DNA of 31,511 bases. It comes from Myxococcota bacterium (GTDB taxonomy: Bacteria; Myxococcota; XYA12-FULL-58-9; JALHOP01). The stretch's first letter is position 1, and each line of letters opens with the position of its first letter. The stretch lies in the NCBI GenBank assembly GCA_041288095.1, contig JBGGMJ010000177.1, positions 1-31,511 on the forward strand, in the 5' to 3' direction. The notes under the pieces were generated by a model. It worked only from the letters and a program-made list of their open reading frames with translations. It had not been told where the DNA came from and did no database searches. Both the position numbers and the translations under genes were made by a program. This document shows, piece after piece, positions 16,823-25,468 of this stretch.

Positions 16823-18697
16823 TCATTCCCAGCATAGGGTCGCACGAATCGCGGCGCGGGGTGTGAAGTCCCGCACCGTCATCTCGTAAGGAGAGATCGA
16901 CGACGCATCCCAGACCGCTTGGTCGCGGCAATGGTTGAAGTAGCTCGACGCCTCGATGCCGATGTTGGTGTTCGCCGGGTAGTTAGCGAGGATGAGCCCG
17001 CCGGACGACGGCGGTCCACGACCGGCGACGCTGCCGCAGAACGTGTCCTTGCAGCGAACCCGACGAAAACGCACGTCGTCGGAGGGCGTGCTGCCGGTGT
17101 AGGCCGCGAAGCACGCGTTGCCTTGATTCAGGGCGTCCACGTCCTCGATCAACATGTGCGAGCTGCCGGCGTCGGCGATGACGCCGCAGCCCGACGGTGC
17201 GTTGTTGCCGTCGATGAGGCCCCGGCGAACCGTGACGCCGTCCGACTGGTAGGCGTTGACGTTGTCTTCGCTCCAGGTGGTGGCGAGGTCGCCCTGCACG
17301 GAGAAGTCCTCGAGCAGCCCGCCGTTGCAATTGTTCCACTGCACGAGCTGGCCGCGGGGGAACGGTCCGCGAAAGTCGTGGCCTTCGATGAAGGACAGGC
17401 GCGACCGATCGGACTGCTGCAAGTAGATGCCGGACGAGCCGCGCGTCAGGCGTACATTGCGCACGGTCAAATCGTGCGCCTGGTAGGCCGCGATGTTCAA
17501 GAATTCGTAGCTGGAGTTCGCTCCGGCGGCCGGCGCCGACGTAAACTCGACGCTGACGTTCTCGATGGTGACGCCCTGGGCAGAGGTCAGGCGGATACCG
17601 ACCCCGGCGCTATGCTGGATGCGCACGTTGCGGATGACCACCCCGCTGCGGCCGTTCACGAGGATAGCCTGACTGCCGCTGCTCGTAATCGAGAGATTCT
17701 CGATCACCTGCCCGTCCGCTGTCGCGGACACAGGACCGGAAGCCGTCAAGGTGCAAGTCGCCGGTGGCGGTGGTGGCGGCTCTACCGGCGGCGTCGTGCC
17801 GCCCTTGCCGAACGTGAACGCAGCGATGTTGGCGACGCCGGACGCGCCGACCGCTTTCACGTAGAGGTCGTGAATGCCGGCGACCCCGCTCACAGGCGTG
17901 ACCTGCTCGACGAAGGTGGTCCAACCGCCGGTGCCGGCAAGCGTCAGCGTCCCGACGACCGGGGTCGCGGTGCCGTCGAGGCGAAGCTCGAGCTTTTGCC
18001 CGGCGTACTCGGCCGGCACCGACACCTTGGCGCGCCACTGGGTCGCGCCGCTTCCGAAGTTGATGTCGTCATAACGGACCCAGTCGCCACCATCGAGCGA
18101 GCCGATGTAGCCGCCGAAGTCGGTGATGCCGCTCTGACCGTCGATGTCGGTTGCGTCGATGACGCCGAAAGCGTCGCGTCCGCCCAGCGAAGGGTCGGCG
18201 GCGAAGGTGAACGTGGTGATGTTGCCCGCCCCCGAGCCGCCGACGACCTTGAGGTACAAATCGTGAACGCCGGTGACCACGGAGAGCGGCGCGCTCTGGG
18301 CGCCGAAGCTGGTCCAAGCACCGGTGCTGGCCACGGTGAGCACACCCACCGGCGCGGTGGCGACGCCGTCCACATGCACCTCGATCTTCTGACCCGCATA
18401 GACGGCTGGCACCGCGACGTTGGCCCGCCAGAGATTCGCGCCGGCGCCGAAATCGACGCCGCGATAGCGGACCCAGTCTCCGTTATCGAGCGACCCGATA
18501 TAGTCGCCGATGACGCGAATGCCGCTCTGTGCGTCGAAACGCTTGGCCTCGAAGGCCGCGAAGGCGTCGCGCCGCGCCACGATGCCTTCGGCGGGCACAC
18601 CCTCGAGCGTCGTTATCTCGTCGCTCGCGAGCGGTCCGCGTCCGCAGCCAACGACCGAGACCAGCAAAGCCCCCAGCACAGCCGACAAACTCTTCAT
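16823..18697 (-). CDS. Lipoprotein with two CBM6-like carbohydrate-binding modules and a right-handed beta-helix domain
   Basis: Lipobox VVGC; two copies of RDAF...IGSLD.GDWVRY....FG.GA...TG.WT.F...G.HDLY (~18575-18205 and ~18180-17810); poly-Pro linker; beta-helix repeats VIENL.I, VVIRNVRI, VTIENV, LTVRNVRL. Confidence 0.82.
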   Translation of the reverse strand: MKSLSAVLGALLVSVVGCGRGPLASDEITTLEGVPAEGIVARRDAFAAFEAKRFDAQSGIRVIGDYIGSLDNGDWVRYRGVDFGAGANLWRANVAVPAVYAGQKIEVHVDGVATAPVGVLTVASTGAWTSFGAQSAPLSVVTGVHDLYLKVVGGSGAGNITTFTFAADPSLGGRDAFGVIDATDIDGQSGITDFGGYIGSLDGGDWVRYDDINFGSGATQWRAKVSVPAEYAGQKLELRLDGTATPVVGTLTLAGTGGWTTFVEQVTPVSGVAGIHDLYVKAVGASGVANIAAFTFGKGGTTPPVEPPPPPPATCTLTASGPVSATADGQVIENLSITSSGSQAILVNGRSGVVIRNVRIQHSAGVGIRLTSAQGVTIENVSVEFTSAPAAGANSSYEFLNIAAYQAHDLTVRNVRLTRGSSGIYLQQSDRSRLSFIEGHDFRGPFPRGQLVQWNNCNGGLLEDFSVQGDLATTWSEDNVNAYQSDGVTVRRGLIDGNNAPSGCGVIADAGSSHMLIEDVDALNQGNACFAAYTGSTPSDDVRFRRVRCKDTFCGSVAGRGPPSSGGLILANYPANTNIGIEASSYFNHCRDQAVWDASSISPYEMTVRDFTPRAAIRATLCWE

Positions 18698-18762
18698 CGC
18701 AGCCTCCTAGGACAGGACGGTGCGTGAGGGCCGCTGGAGTTTCCTCGCCGGGGCGAGATTCG

Positions 18763-19536
18763 TCAGTGATAGAGGCGCGACAGAACGATGGGCTCGCCGT
18801 CGGTGATGGCGACACTGTGCTCGAAGTGGGCGGAGAGCTTGCGGTCGCGGGTCACGGCGGTCCAGCCGTCCGCGAGCACGTCCACTTCGTGGGTACCCTG
18901 GTTCACCATCGGCTCGATGGCGATGACCATGCCGGACTTCAAGCGCGGCTTGGGGCCGCTGAAGTAGTTCGGCACCTGCGGGTCCTCGTGCATGGTCGTG
19001 CCGATGCCGTGACCGACGAACTCGCGCACGACACCGTAGCCGTTGGTCTCGGCGTGCTCTTGAACCGCCTTGCCGATGTCGGAGAGGCGATGGTCGGGCG
19101 TGCACACCTTGATCGCCCGCTCGAGACATTCCTTCGTCACATCGAGGAGTCGCTTGGTTTCCGCGTCGACGGTGCCGACCGGAATGGTACGCGCGGCGTC
19201 GCCGACGTAGCCCTCGTAGATGAGGCCGATGTCGAGGCCGATGACGTCACCCTCTTCGAGCACGACCTCCTTCGAGGGAATGCCGTGGACGATGACCTCG
19301 TTCGGCGAGGCGCAGATAGTCGCGGGGAAGCCGTGGTAGCCGAGAAAGGCGCTACCGACGCCCCGCTTCTTGATCTCGGCGCGCGCGATTTGATCGAGGT
19401 CCCAGGTGGTGACACCGGGCTTCACCGCCTGGGCCATGATCTCGAGGACCTCGGCGACGTGTTGGTTCGCGCCGCGCATGATCTCGATCTCACGCGGCGA
19501 CTTGAGGACGATGCCTTTGCGTTTCTTCTGTTCCAT
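18763..19536 (-). CDS. map: Methionine aminopeptidase type I
   Basis: LKSPREIEIMR, GFPATICASPNEVIVHGIP, D.G...GD.A.T, GHGIG..MHEDP, AIEPM, SAHFEHSV; start placed at ATG 19536. Confidence 0.97.
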   Translation of the reverse strand: MEQKKRKGIVLKSPREIEIMRGANQHVAEVLEIMAQAVKPGVTTWDLDQIARAEIKKRGVGSAFLGYHGFPATICASPNEVIVHGIPSKEVVLEEGDVIGLDIGLIYEGYVGDAARTIPVGTVDAETKRLLDVTKECLERAIKVCTPDHRLSDIGKAVQEHAETNGYGVVREFVGHGIGTTMHEDPQVPNYFSGPKPRLKSGMVIAIEPMVNQGTHEVDVLADGWTAVTRDRKLSAHFEHSVAITDGEPIVLSRLYH

Positions 19537-19546
19537 CGGCGCGCGC

Positions 19547-19575
19547 ACCATAACCGGTGGCGCATCAGATGTCAG
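19547..19575 (-). promoter_or_regulatory. Candidate sigma70-like promoter giving a near-leaderless map mRNA
   Basis: CTGACA-N17-TATGGT, 10 nt before the map ATG, with no SD in between. Confidence 0.45.
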
Positions 19576-19576
19576 C

Positions 19577-20074
19577 TCAGCCGCGGCGCTGGTAGAGACC
19601 GGCGGCGTACGCCAAGGTCGCCAAGGACCCTGCGGTCGCGCCCAGCCAGACCGCGCCATCCGTCCAACCGGAGAACGCGCCGCCAAGCATGCCGACGAAA
19701 ACGGCCGTGGCTACACCGGCACCCTCGAGGAGACCACGGGCACCCCCGTCCTTGAACATGGCGCTGCACCAGCCAGCGACCGCGGGCGCGGCGCCGGCGC
19801 AGAGCCCCAGCATTCCTGCGAAAGCAAGGGTGTCAGGACTCGCACCAGTGGCCAGTGAGGTTGCGAGCTTGGCACCCGCGCTCGCCATGACCGAGCCCGA
19901 GATGGTCGCCACCACGGCCGTCGTCGCGGCCACCGAGATCCAGCCTGCCGACTGCGTCGCCTTCTCGACCACCGCGATGCTGCCCTGATTGATAGCTGCG
20001 GGGACCTGGCTCCAGTAGGCACGGACCTCCGCGGCCCGAACTGCAACGCTGGTGGAAGTCGAAGGGGTAGTCAT
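19577..20074 (-). CDS. Small hydrophobic Ala/Gly-rich membrane protein of unknown function
   Basis: ATG 20074 preceded by GGAG; Ser/Thr-rich N-terminus then about four hydrophobic segments. Confidence 0.65.
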   Translation of the reverse strand: MTTPSTSTSVAVRAAEVRAYWSQVPAAINQGSIAVVEKATQSAGWISVAATTAVVATISGSVMASAGAKLATSLATGASPDTLAFAGMLGLCAGAAPAVAGWCSAMFKDGGARGLLEGAGVATAVFVGMLGGAFSGWTDGAVWLGATAGSLATLAYAAGLYQRRG

Positions 20075-20111
20075 GATGCGCTCCAATAATCGTTTTGCAC
20101 GTTCGCTGGAG

Positions 20112-20138
20112 ATATCGGCCGACAACGCGCGCAGTTCG
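20112..20138 (-). promoter_or_regulatory. Candidate sigma28/FliA-like promoter
   Basis: CGAA-N15-GCCGATAT, 37 nt upstream of ATG 20074. Confidence 0.4.
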
Positions 20139-20236
20139 CAAAATCCGGCGTCGAAAGAGCCCTTCCGGGAGTGACACGCTGGTAAGTGCTGGCGATCGCG
20201 GGTGACAGGCCGTCACGACACCCCGGCACGCGCCCT

Positions 20237-20251
20237 GCCGATACCCGATAG
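20237..20251 (+). promoter_or_regulatory. Candidate sigma28-like -10 box (tandem CCGATA)
   Basis: GCCGATACCCGATAG immediately before ATG 20254; no convincing -35. Confidence 0.3.
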
Positions 20252-20253
20252 AG

Positions 20254-21891
20254 ATGACGGGACTCCTGACAATTAGGGGAGCTACAACCGCGGCCCCGCG
20301 CCGCCGGGACCTGTCCCTCCGTCGCGACCAAGACCTCACCGACGAGCACCGCAACGTCGGCGGCACCTGGCCGACCTACGAGCCGGCCCATGCACTCGCC
20401 AACACCAAACGATTGGCTCCGTTGGGCGCTTCGACCGTGCAAAGCCCCGGCGGCGACGTCACGGTTTGCCATGCGCCGTTCATGCCCTTCCTGCGCCGGC
20501 GCTACACCGCGGAGAGCCTGGTCTATCTCCATGCCGAGCTGCGCCGCACGGGCGTCGTCGAGGTCCCGCTCAACGCCGCGAACCTCGTGCCCGCGGGCGC
20601 GGACGGCGGGGTCACCGCGACCTTCGGCTACGGCGCGGCCTGGTGGCGTGACACCGCGCTCATTGGCATCGCTTTGGCGGACCAGCGCTCGGTACAGCTC
20701 GCCAAAGGCCTTGCCGGCAACGCCCTGTCCGCGAACCAGACGCATCGCTTCCTGACCGGCATCGCCCATGGCGCGGCCTCGGCCGATCCCGCGGACATGC
20801 CGCAGATCAAGGTCAACGCCGACGGCACCGACCTCCCCGGCCGCTGGGGCCACAATCAGCTCGACGCCCTGGGTCTCGGCTTGTTCACGATGGCGAACGC
20901 GGCCCACGAGGAATCATTCAAGGGCTTAGGCGACCTGCCGAAGGCCGCGGCGCTCGTCGCAGCCTACCTCACGCGCATCGATTTCACGACCGTGCCCTGC
21001 AACGGGCACTGGGAGGAAGCCGGCCCGAAAGGCGAAGGCGCGATTCTCACCTCGAGCCTCGGGTGTGTCGTGCACGGCATGAAGGCATTGCAGCGATGGC
21101 TCGCGGGGGACGAAGACCGCGCCAAACGGCTCGACGACTACCTGCGCTCCGTCGACGGCACCGTCAGCGGCCTCGGCGAAACCCTGCGAACGGTCGGCGA
21201 CGACGGTCAGCTGCTGTTCAGCTTCGAGCGCGGCGACCTACGCGCGGCAGCCGACAAGGGCGCCCAGGTCATCCGCGAACGCTATGTCGGCGGCGAATGG
21301 CACGAGACCTTCCGCGATTCGATGGGCCGAGCGCGCAAGACCGACCTCGCGCTCTCGACCTTTGCTCTGCTCGAGCTCGCCTGCCCCACGCACGACCGCG
21401 TGACCACGAGCCCGCAGCTCACCGGGCTCGTCGGCCAGCTCGAGCGTGACCTCAAGGGCCCGATGGGCTACCGGCGCTACAACACCGACGGTTGGCTCGC
21501 GGCGTACCGCAACGCCGACGGTCCGGACCCCAAGGCGCGCGCCGAAATCGGCCATCACATCGCCCAGCGCGACACCATGATCCCCGGCACCTCGCCCGAA
21601 TGGACCCTCGGCAATGGCGTCATGACGCATCTGTACGGTCGCCTCGCCATCGAGACCGGCGATGTCCGCTTTCGCGACAAAGCCAACGAGCACCTGAACC
21701 GCCTTCTGGGGAACATCTCCGCGGACGCGTCGAAGGGTGGCCGGCTCGCCATCACGGAGCTCTTCATGCACGTCCGCGAGGACAAGCGTTACCGTTACGG
21801 TGGCAACGGCCTCGATCTCAACTGGTCGCGTGCTTACGTCGAGCTGGGCGTGCGGACGTTGCGAGCCTTGGTCGTCGCCGAAAGCACGTAG
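20254..21891 (+). CDS. GH15-like six-hairpin glycosidase / phosphorylase kinase alpha-beta-like protein
   Basis: Motifs YGAAWWRD, WGHNQLDALG, GHWEE, SSLG, GYRRY..D, PEWT, ITELF and LNWSRA appear in the order typical of GH15/PhK-like domains. Confidence 0.72.
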   Translation: MTGLLTIRGATTAAPRRRDLSLRRDQDLTDEHRNVGGTWPTYEPAHALANTKRLAPLGASTVQSPGGDVTVCHAPFMPFLRRRYTAESLVYLHAELRRTGVVEVPLNAANLVPAGADGGVTATFGYGAAWWRDTALIGIALADQRSVQLAKGLAGNALSANQTHRFLTGIAHGAASADPADMPQIKVNADGTDLPGRWGHNQLDALGLGLFTMANAAHEESFKGLGDLPKAAALVAAYLTRIDFTTVPCNGHWEEAGPKGEGAILTSSLGCVVHGMKALQRWLAGDEDRAKRLDDYLRSVDGTVSGLGETLRTVGDDGQLLFSFERGDLRAAADKGAQVIRERYVGGEWHETFRDSMGRARKTDLALSTFALLELACPTHDRVTTSPQLTGLVGQLERDLKGPMGYRRYNTDGWLAAYRNADGPDPKARAEIGHHIAQRDTMIPGTSPEWTLGNGVMTHLYGRLAIETGDVRFRDKANEHLNRLLGNISADASKGGRLAITELFMHVREDKRYRYGGNGLDLNWSRAYVELGVRTLRALVVAEST

Positions 21892-22373
21892 CGCATCGTC
21901 GGGCGGCCCGCGTCGAGCCAGGTCTTCACTTGGCGCATGCCGAGCTTCTCGGCGACGCGTCGCGAGGCCGCGTTCTCGGGGTCGATGTCCGCGATCACGT
22001 CGGTGAGGCCCGCGGTCGTCAAAGCGTGCCGTAGGACCGCGGCCGCGGCCTCCGTCGCGTAACCCTTGCCCCGCGCCTCGGCGACGAAGCGCCACCCGAT
22101 CTCGATCTCGGGACCCTCTAGCTCGCGCGGGATGAGCAAGATCCATCCCGCGAACTTGCCGTCCGCCAGCACCGACCAGTAGCCGAGGTGTTCGGGATAG
22201 CGGTGCATCATGCGCCCCCGAATGAAGGCCCGGTGCATGTCGCCCTGCATCGGCAAGACGATGAAGCGCCGTACCTCGGGATCGTCGTCCATGGCGACGC
22301 AGAGCTCGAGGTCGTCGAGGGTTCGTTCGCGCAGCACGAGACGTTCGGTGCGGATGACGGGGAGCGCCATCAT
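21834..22373 (-). CDS. GNAT N-acetyltransferase, RimJ/RimL family
   Basis: IRTERLVLR, EIGWRF...ARGKGYATEAA, IDPENAASRRVAEKLGM; start ATG 22373 or 22370. Confidence 0.92.
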   Translation of the reverse strand: MMALPVIRTERLVLRERTLDDLELCVAMDDDPEVRRFIVLPMQGDMHRAFIRGRMMHRYPEHLGYWSVLADGKFAGWILLIPRELEGPEIEIGWRFVAEARGKGYATEAAAAVLRHALTTAGLTDVIADIDPENAASRRVAEKLGMRQVKTWLDAGRPTMRYVLSATTKARNVRTPSST

Positions 22374-22423
22374 CGGCTCATAGCCGCCGCGACGGACGCT
22401 GGCTACGGTGCTATAGCGACCAC

Positions 22424-24313
22424 GTGGCGAAATCATGCGCGTTACTGGTGACCTTGACGCTCGCGGCTTGTGCCCGCCAGCGCGCCGCGACTCCCGTGGC
22501 GCCCACGGTCACGCCCGTAGCCCAACCAGCGGCGGTGGCCTGGTCGCGCGCGATGGACCTCGATGATGTCGACATTCTCCGCCTGATGCCCGAGGAACGA
22601 GTCTTGGTCGGCGCCATGCGACGTGGCGCCGGCGCCAACGAGCCGCGCGAGCTCTGGATGCTGGACCGCAGGAGCGGCGAGGTCATCTGGCGAGGCAAGC
22701 GCCCTTCCACGGGAGCTCACTCCGTCGTCGGCGAGGCGGCCGGCAAGGTCATCGTGCGCATGACGGAGGAAGCGCGCACCACCTTCTTGGGCATCGCGCT
22801 GGATAGCGGCGTGATCCTCTGGGAACATCAGCTGGCGGGTGCGGCGTCCGCGACGGTCGACGCCACGCAGACCCGGCTGATCGTCGCCACCGAGCAGCGC
22901 GTCCGCGCGCTCGACGCTGACAGCGGCAAGCAGCTCTGGGAAACTTCCGTTGCCGTCAGAGCGAACGACGCCGGCCCGATCTTCGCCGGCGACGCTGCCG
23001 TCGTCTGTATCGCGGCGGCGGACATCGCCTGCTTGAACACCACGACCGGCGCTCTGCTTTGGCGGAAGCCCTCGGGCGATGACAAGCGCGTCGTCGCGGC
23101 GCGGCTGCTCGGGCACACCCTTTTGGTTGGGTCGGACGCGGGCATCACGACTTGGAACACGACGAACGGCGGCGCGCGCTGGTGGCGGTCCGTGCCCGGC
23201 AAGCACCTGGTGAGCGTCGAGCTCGCCGGCGACGTCGTTTATGCGGTCTCCTCCGACGGTAACGCTCGCACCGCTCGCGTCTCGGCGGTTGCCTTGCAAA
23301 CCGGCCAGATCCGCTGGACCAGCGAAAAGCTCCCTATCCCATCCGGCCCTATTTCCGCCGGAGCGGACAACGTCTACGTCTCCACCCCCGCGGTGCTGTT
23401 TGCCCTCGATGCCACCAGCGGCGTCCGCGCGGCGCGCGCGCCCCTGCCGCGCGAGCTCGTCCGCAACCGGCGTGACGACCTATTGCTGGTCGACGACGCG
23501 ACGGTGACGATGCTCACCCGCGACGGCGCGGCGACTTACCGCCGCGACAGTTTGGAGCTCACGCGAAGCACGACCTTCGCGGGCACGCGCGACTGGGGCG
23601 ACTCCCGAGCCATGACAGCGGACGGCAAGGCGATGATTGGCTGGCAGGCTGGCACCGGCGTCCAGAGCTACGAGGTCGAGCGCTCCGACTGGCGGACCGC
23701 CGCCGCCACCCCCGAACCAACCCTCATCATCGAGGTTCGTGAAAACCGGATCGCCTCCCTGCGCGAGCGCCAGGAGCTGCCGGTCTGTTACGGCAGGGAC
23801 CCGGGCATCAAGCTCCCCTACGACGCCATCGAGCACGCGGCGGTGCTCGGCAACAACCGAACGATCCTCCGCGAGCTCGAGGCCGAGGGCGCGCGCGACG
23901 TCGTCTCCATAGCCGGCGTCGAATACGGTGACATCGCCACGGCGCTGGGTTTCACCGACGTCGCGGACGAGCTCTTGGGACGCGGCCAGCGCATCGCCAT
24001 CGGCGCCGAGCTCGCGCTCGCCGTCGCCCGGGACGATGTCGCTGGCGCCAAGGCCGTGCTCGAACGCGGCGCCCGCCCGAACGGCGCCAGCGCCTTCAAC
24101 ACCAAGCGCTCGTGCTACCCAGTGCCGCTCGCCGCCTCGGGCTCGGTCGCCATGAGCGAGGTGCTCCTCGCCAAGGGCGCCGTCCTCAATCTCATCGACG
24201 GCAAGGGTCAGACGCCGCTCGACGCACGCATCGCGGCGAAGGACGAGCCCAACATCGCCTTCCTACGCTCGCGCGGTGGCAGGACCGCGGACGAGCTGCG
24301 CGCCAAGCCGTGA
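22424..24313 (+). CDS. Lipoprotein with PQQ-like (BamB-like) beta-propeller repeats and a C-terminal ankyrin-like region
   Basis: Lipobox LAAC; repeats LD..SG...W (e.g. LDRRSGEVIW, LDADSGKQLW, LNTTTGALLW); C-terminal LLAKGA..N..DGKGQTPL...FLRSRG. Confidence 0.8.
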   Translation: MAKSCALLVTLTLAACARQRAATPVAPTVTPVAQPAAVAWSRAMDLDDVDILRLMPEERVLVGAMRRGAGANEPRELWMLDRRSGEVIWRGKRPSTGAHSVVGEAAGKVIVRMTEEARTTFLGIALDSGVILWEHQLAGAASATVDATQTRLIVATEQRVRALDADSGKQLWETSVAVRANDAGPIFAGDAAVVCIAAADIACLNTTTGALLWRKPSGDDKRVVAARLLGHTLLVGSDAGITTWNTTNGGARWWRSVPGKHLVSVELAGDVVYAVSSDGNARTARVSAVALQTGQIRWTSEKLPIPSGPISAGADNVYVSTPAVLFALDATSGVRAARAPLPRELVRNRRDDLLLVDDATVTMLTRDGAATYRRDSLELTRSTTFAGTRDWGDSRAMTADGKAMIGWQAGTGVQSYEVERSDWRTAAATPEPTLIIEVRENRIASLRERQELPVCYGRDPGIKLPYDAIEHAAVLGNNRTILRELEAEGARDVVSIAGVEYGDIATALGFTDVADELLGRGQRIAIGAELALAVARDDVAGAKAVLERGARPNGASAFNTKRSCYPVPLAASGSVAMSEVLLAKGAVLNLIDGKGQTPLDARIAAKDEPNIAFLRSRGGRTADELRAKP

Positions 24314-24316
24314 GCG

Positions 24317-25468
24317 TCAACCCGCTTTCGCTTGGGTGTCGCCAATCTTGAACGAGGCCACCACGTCGAGGCTGCCGATGCGGAAGACATCGCCGCTGTG
24401 GATCTCGCGCGAGCGTACTTGCTCGGCGCCGAACCAAGTGCCGTTGCTCGAGCCTCGGTCCTCGATGACGTAGGTCCCGCCGTTGCGAACGACCACCGCG
24501 TGCTCGCGCGAAGCCTCTGCTGACTGGAGCACCAGGTCGCAGTGCTGCCCACGGCCAATGACCACGGGCTCGGTCGCGACGGTGCACACTTGATCGGTGC
24601 CGCGAACGCGGAGCTCGAGGACGAACGGAATCGCCGGCGACAAGGCGGTGTCACGCACGACGTTCTGACCAAGGATGTCGTCGACCTCGCCGAGCAGGCT
24701 GTCGAGCTCGCTCGTGTTCAGCCGCGGCCGCGACATACCAGCCTCTGCCACTGGTGTCGGGCTCGCGGTCGGCGACGACGACGCCAGCGTCGCCGGCGCA
24801 ATCGTCAGCGTTGGACGGGCGGCGGCGGGCACCGGGATGGGTAGCGGCGTGGCAACCGGCACGAACACGGGCACGGGCACGGGAGCTGGCGCTGGCGCTG
24901 GCGCGGAGGGGCGAGGCAGCACGTCGTCCACCGCGCGATCGATCGCGGCCACACGCAGGGCCACCGCACCGCGCAAGGCGTTGAGATCGACCACCGGCGC
25001 GCTGGGCTCTTCCGCGGGCTCCTCATCAGCTTCACCGAAGTCCGCGTCGACGACGACGGGCACGAGGCAATAGCGGTCGACATCCGCGTCGATGGCGGCG
25101 ATGCGCGCCGCCATGCTCGGCAGCGGCGCGGGCGCCGGCGTCGCGACGGGCGCGGGCTCGGCCACCTTCGTGGCAACGACGGGCTGCGGCTTCGCTTCCG
25201 GAACCGGCTCCTCGACGAGCACGACCTCGGCCCTCGGTGCTGGCACCTGTGCTGGCGCTTCGGCTTCGGCTTCGGCTTCGGCTTGGGCTTGGGCTTGGAC
25301 CTTTGGCCCCGGCTGCGCCGCCGCGGCGGACACCGCGTAACCGTTCCGCCGCGCCCAGTTGAAGACCGCCTGATTCACCAGCGCGCGCGGCTCGGTCGCC
25401 ATGTCGCGCGCCATGGTCTCGAGCACCGTCCAGAGATGCTCGGCAATTTCTATCGTACGACCGCTCAT
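24317..25468 (-). CDS. FHA-domain protein with N-terminal ribbon-helix-helix-like segment and Pro/Ala-rich linker
   Basis: Start ATG 25468 overlaps the upstream stop (TGATG); FHA motifs IGRG..CD, ASREHA, D..SSNGT; N-terminus TIEIAEHLWTVLETMARDM...LVNQAVFNWAR. Confidence 0.85.
   Translation of the reverse strand: MSGRTIEIAEHLWTVLETMARDMATEPRALVNQAVFNWARRNGYAVSAAAAQPGPKVQAQAQAEAEAEAEAPAQVPAPRAEVVLVEEPVPEAKPQPVVATKVAEPAPVATPAPAPLPSMAARIAAIDADVDRYCLVPVVVDADFGEADEEPAEEPSAPVVDLNALRGAVALRVAAIDRAVDDVLPRPSAPAPAPAPVPVPVFVPVATPLPIPVPAAARPTLTIAPATLASSSPTASPTPVAEAGMSRPRLNTSELDSLLGEVDDILGQNVVRDTALSPAIPFVLELRVRGTDQVCTVATEPVVIGRGQHCDLVLQSAEASREHAVVVRNGGTYVIEDRGSSNGTWFGAEQVRSREIHSGDVFRIGSLDVVASFKIGDTQAKAG
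25257..25298. repeat. In-frame hexamer tandem repeat (GCTTCG)4(GCTTGG)3
   Basis: Read directly; encodes QAQAQAEAEAEAEA in the FHA protein linker. Confidence 0.9.

Noticed and set aside
19537..19686. 50-aa N-terminal extension on Map
   Set aside because: It overlaps the upstream gene and a promoter-like element; Map similarity begins near ATG 19536.
24862..25298. Hexamer repeats as a phase-variation or CRISPR-like array
   Set aside because: Units are in-frame multiples of 3 coding a low-complexity linker; there are no spacers or cas genes.
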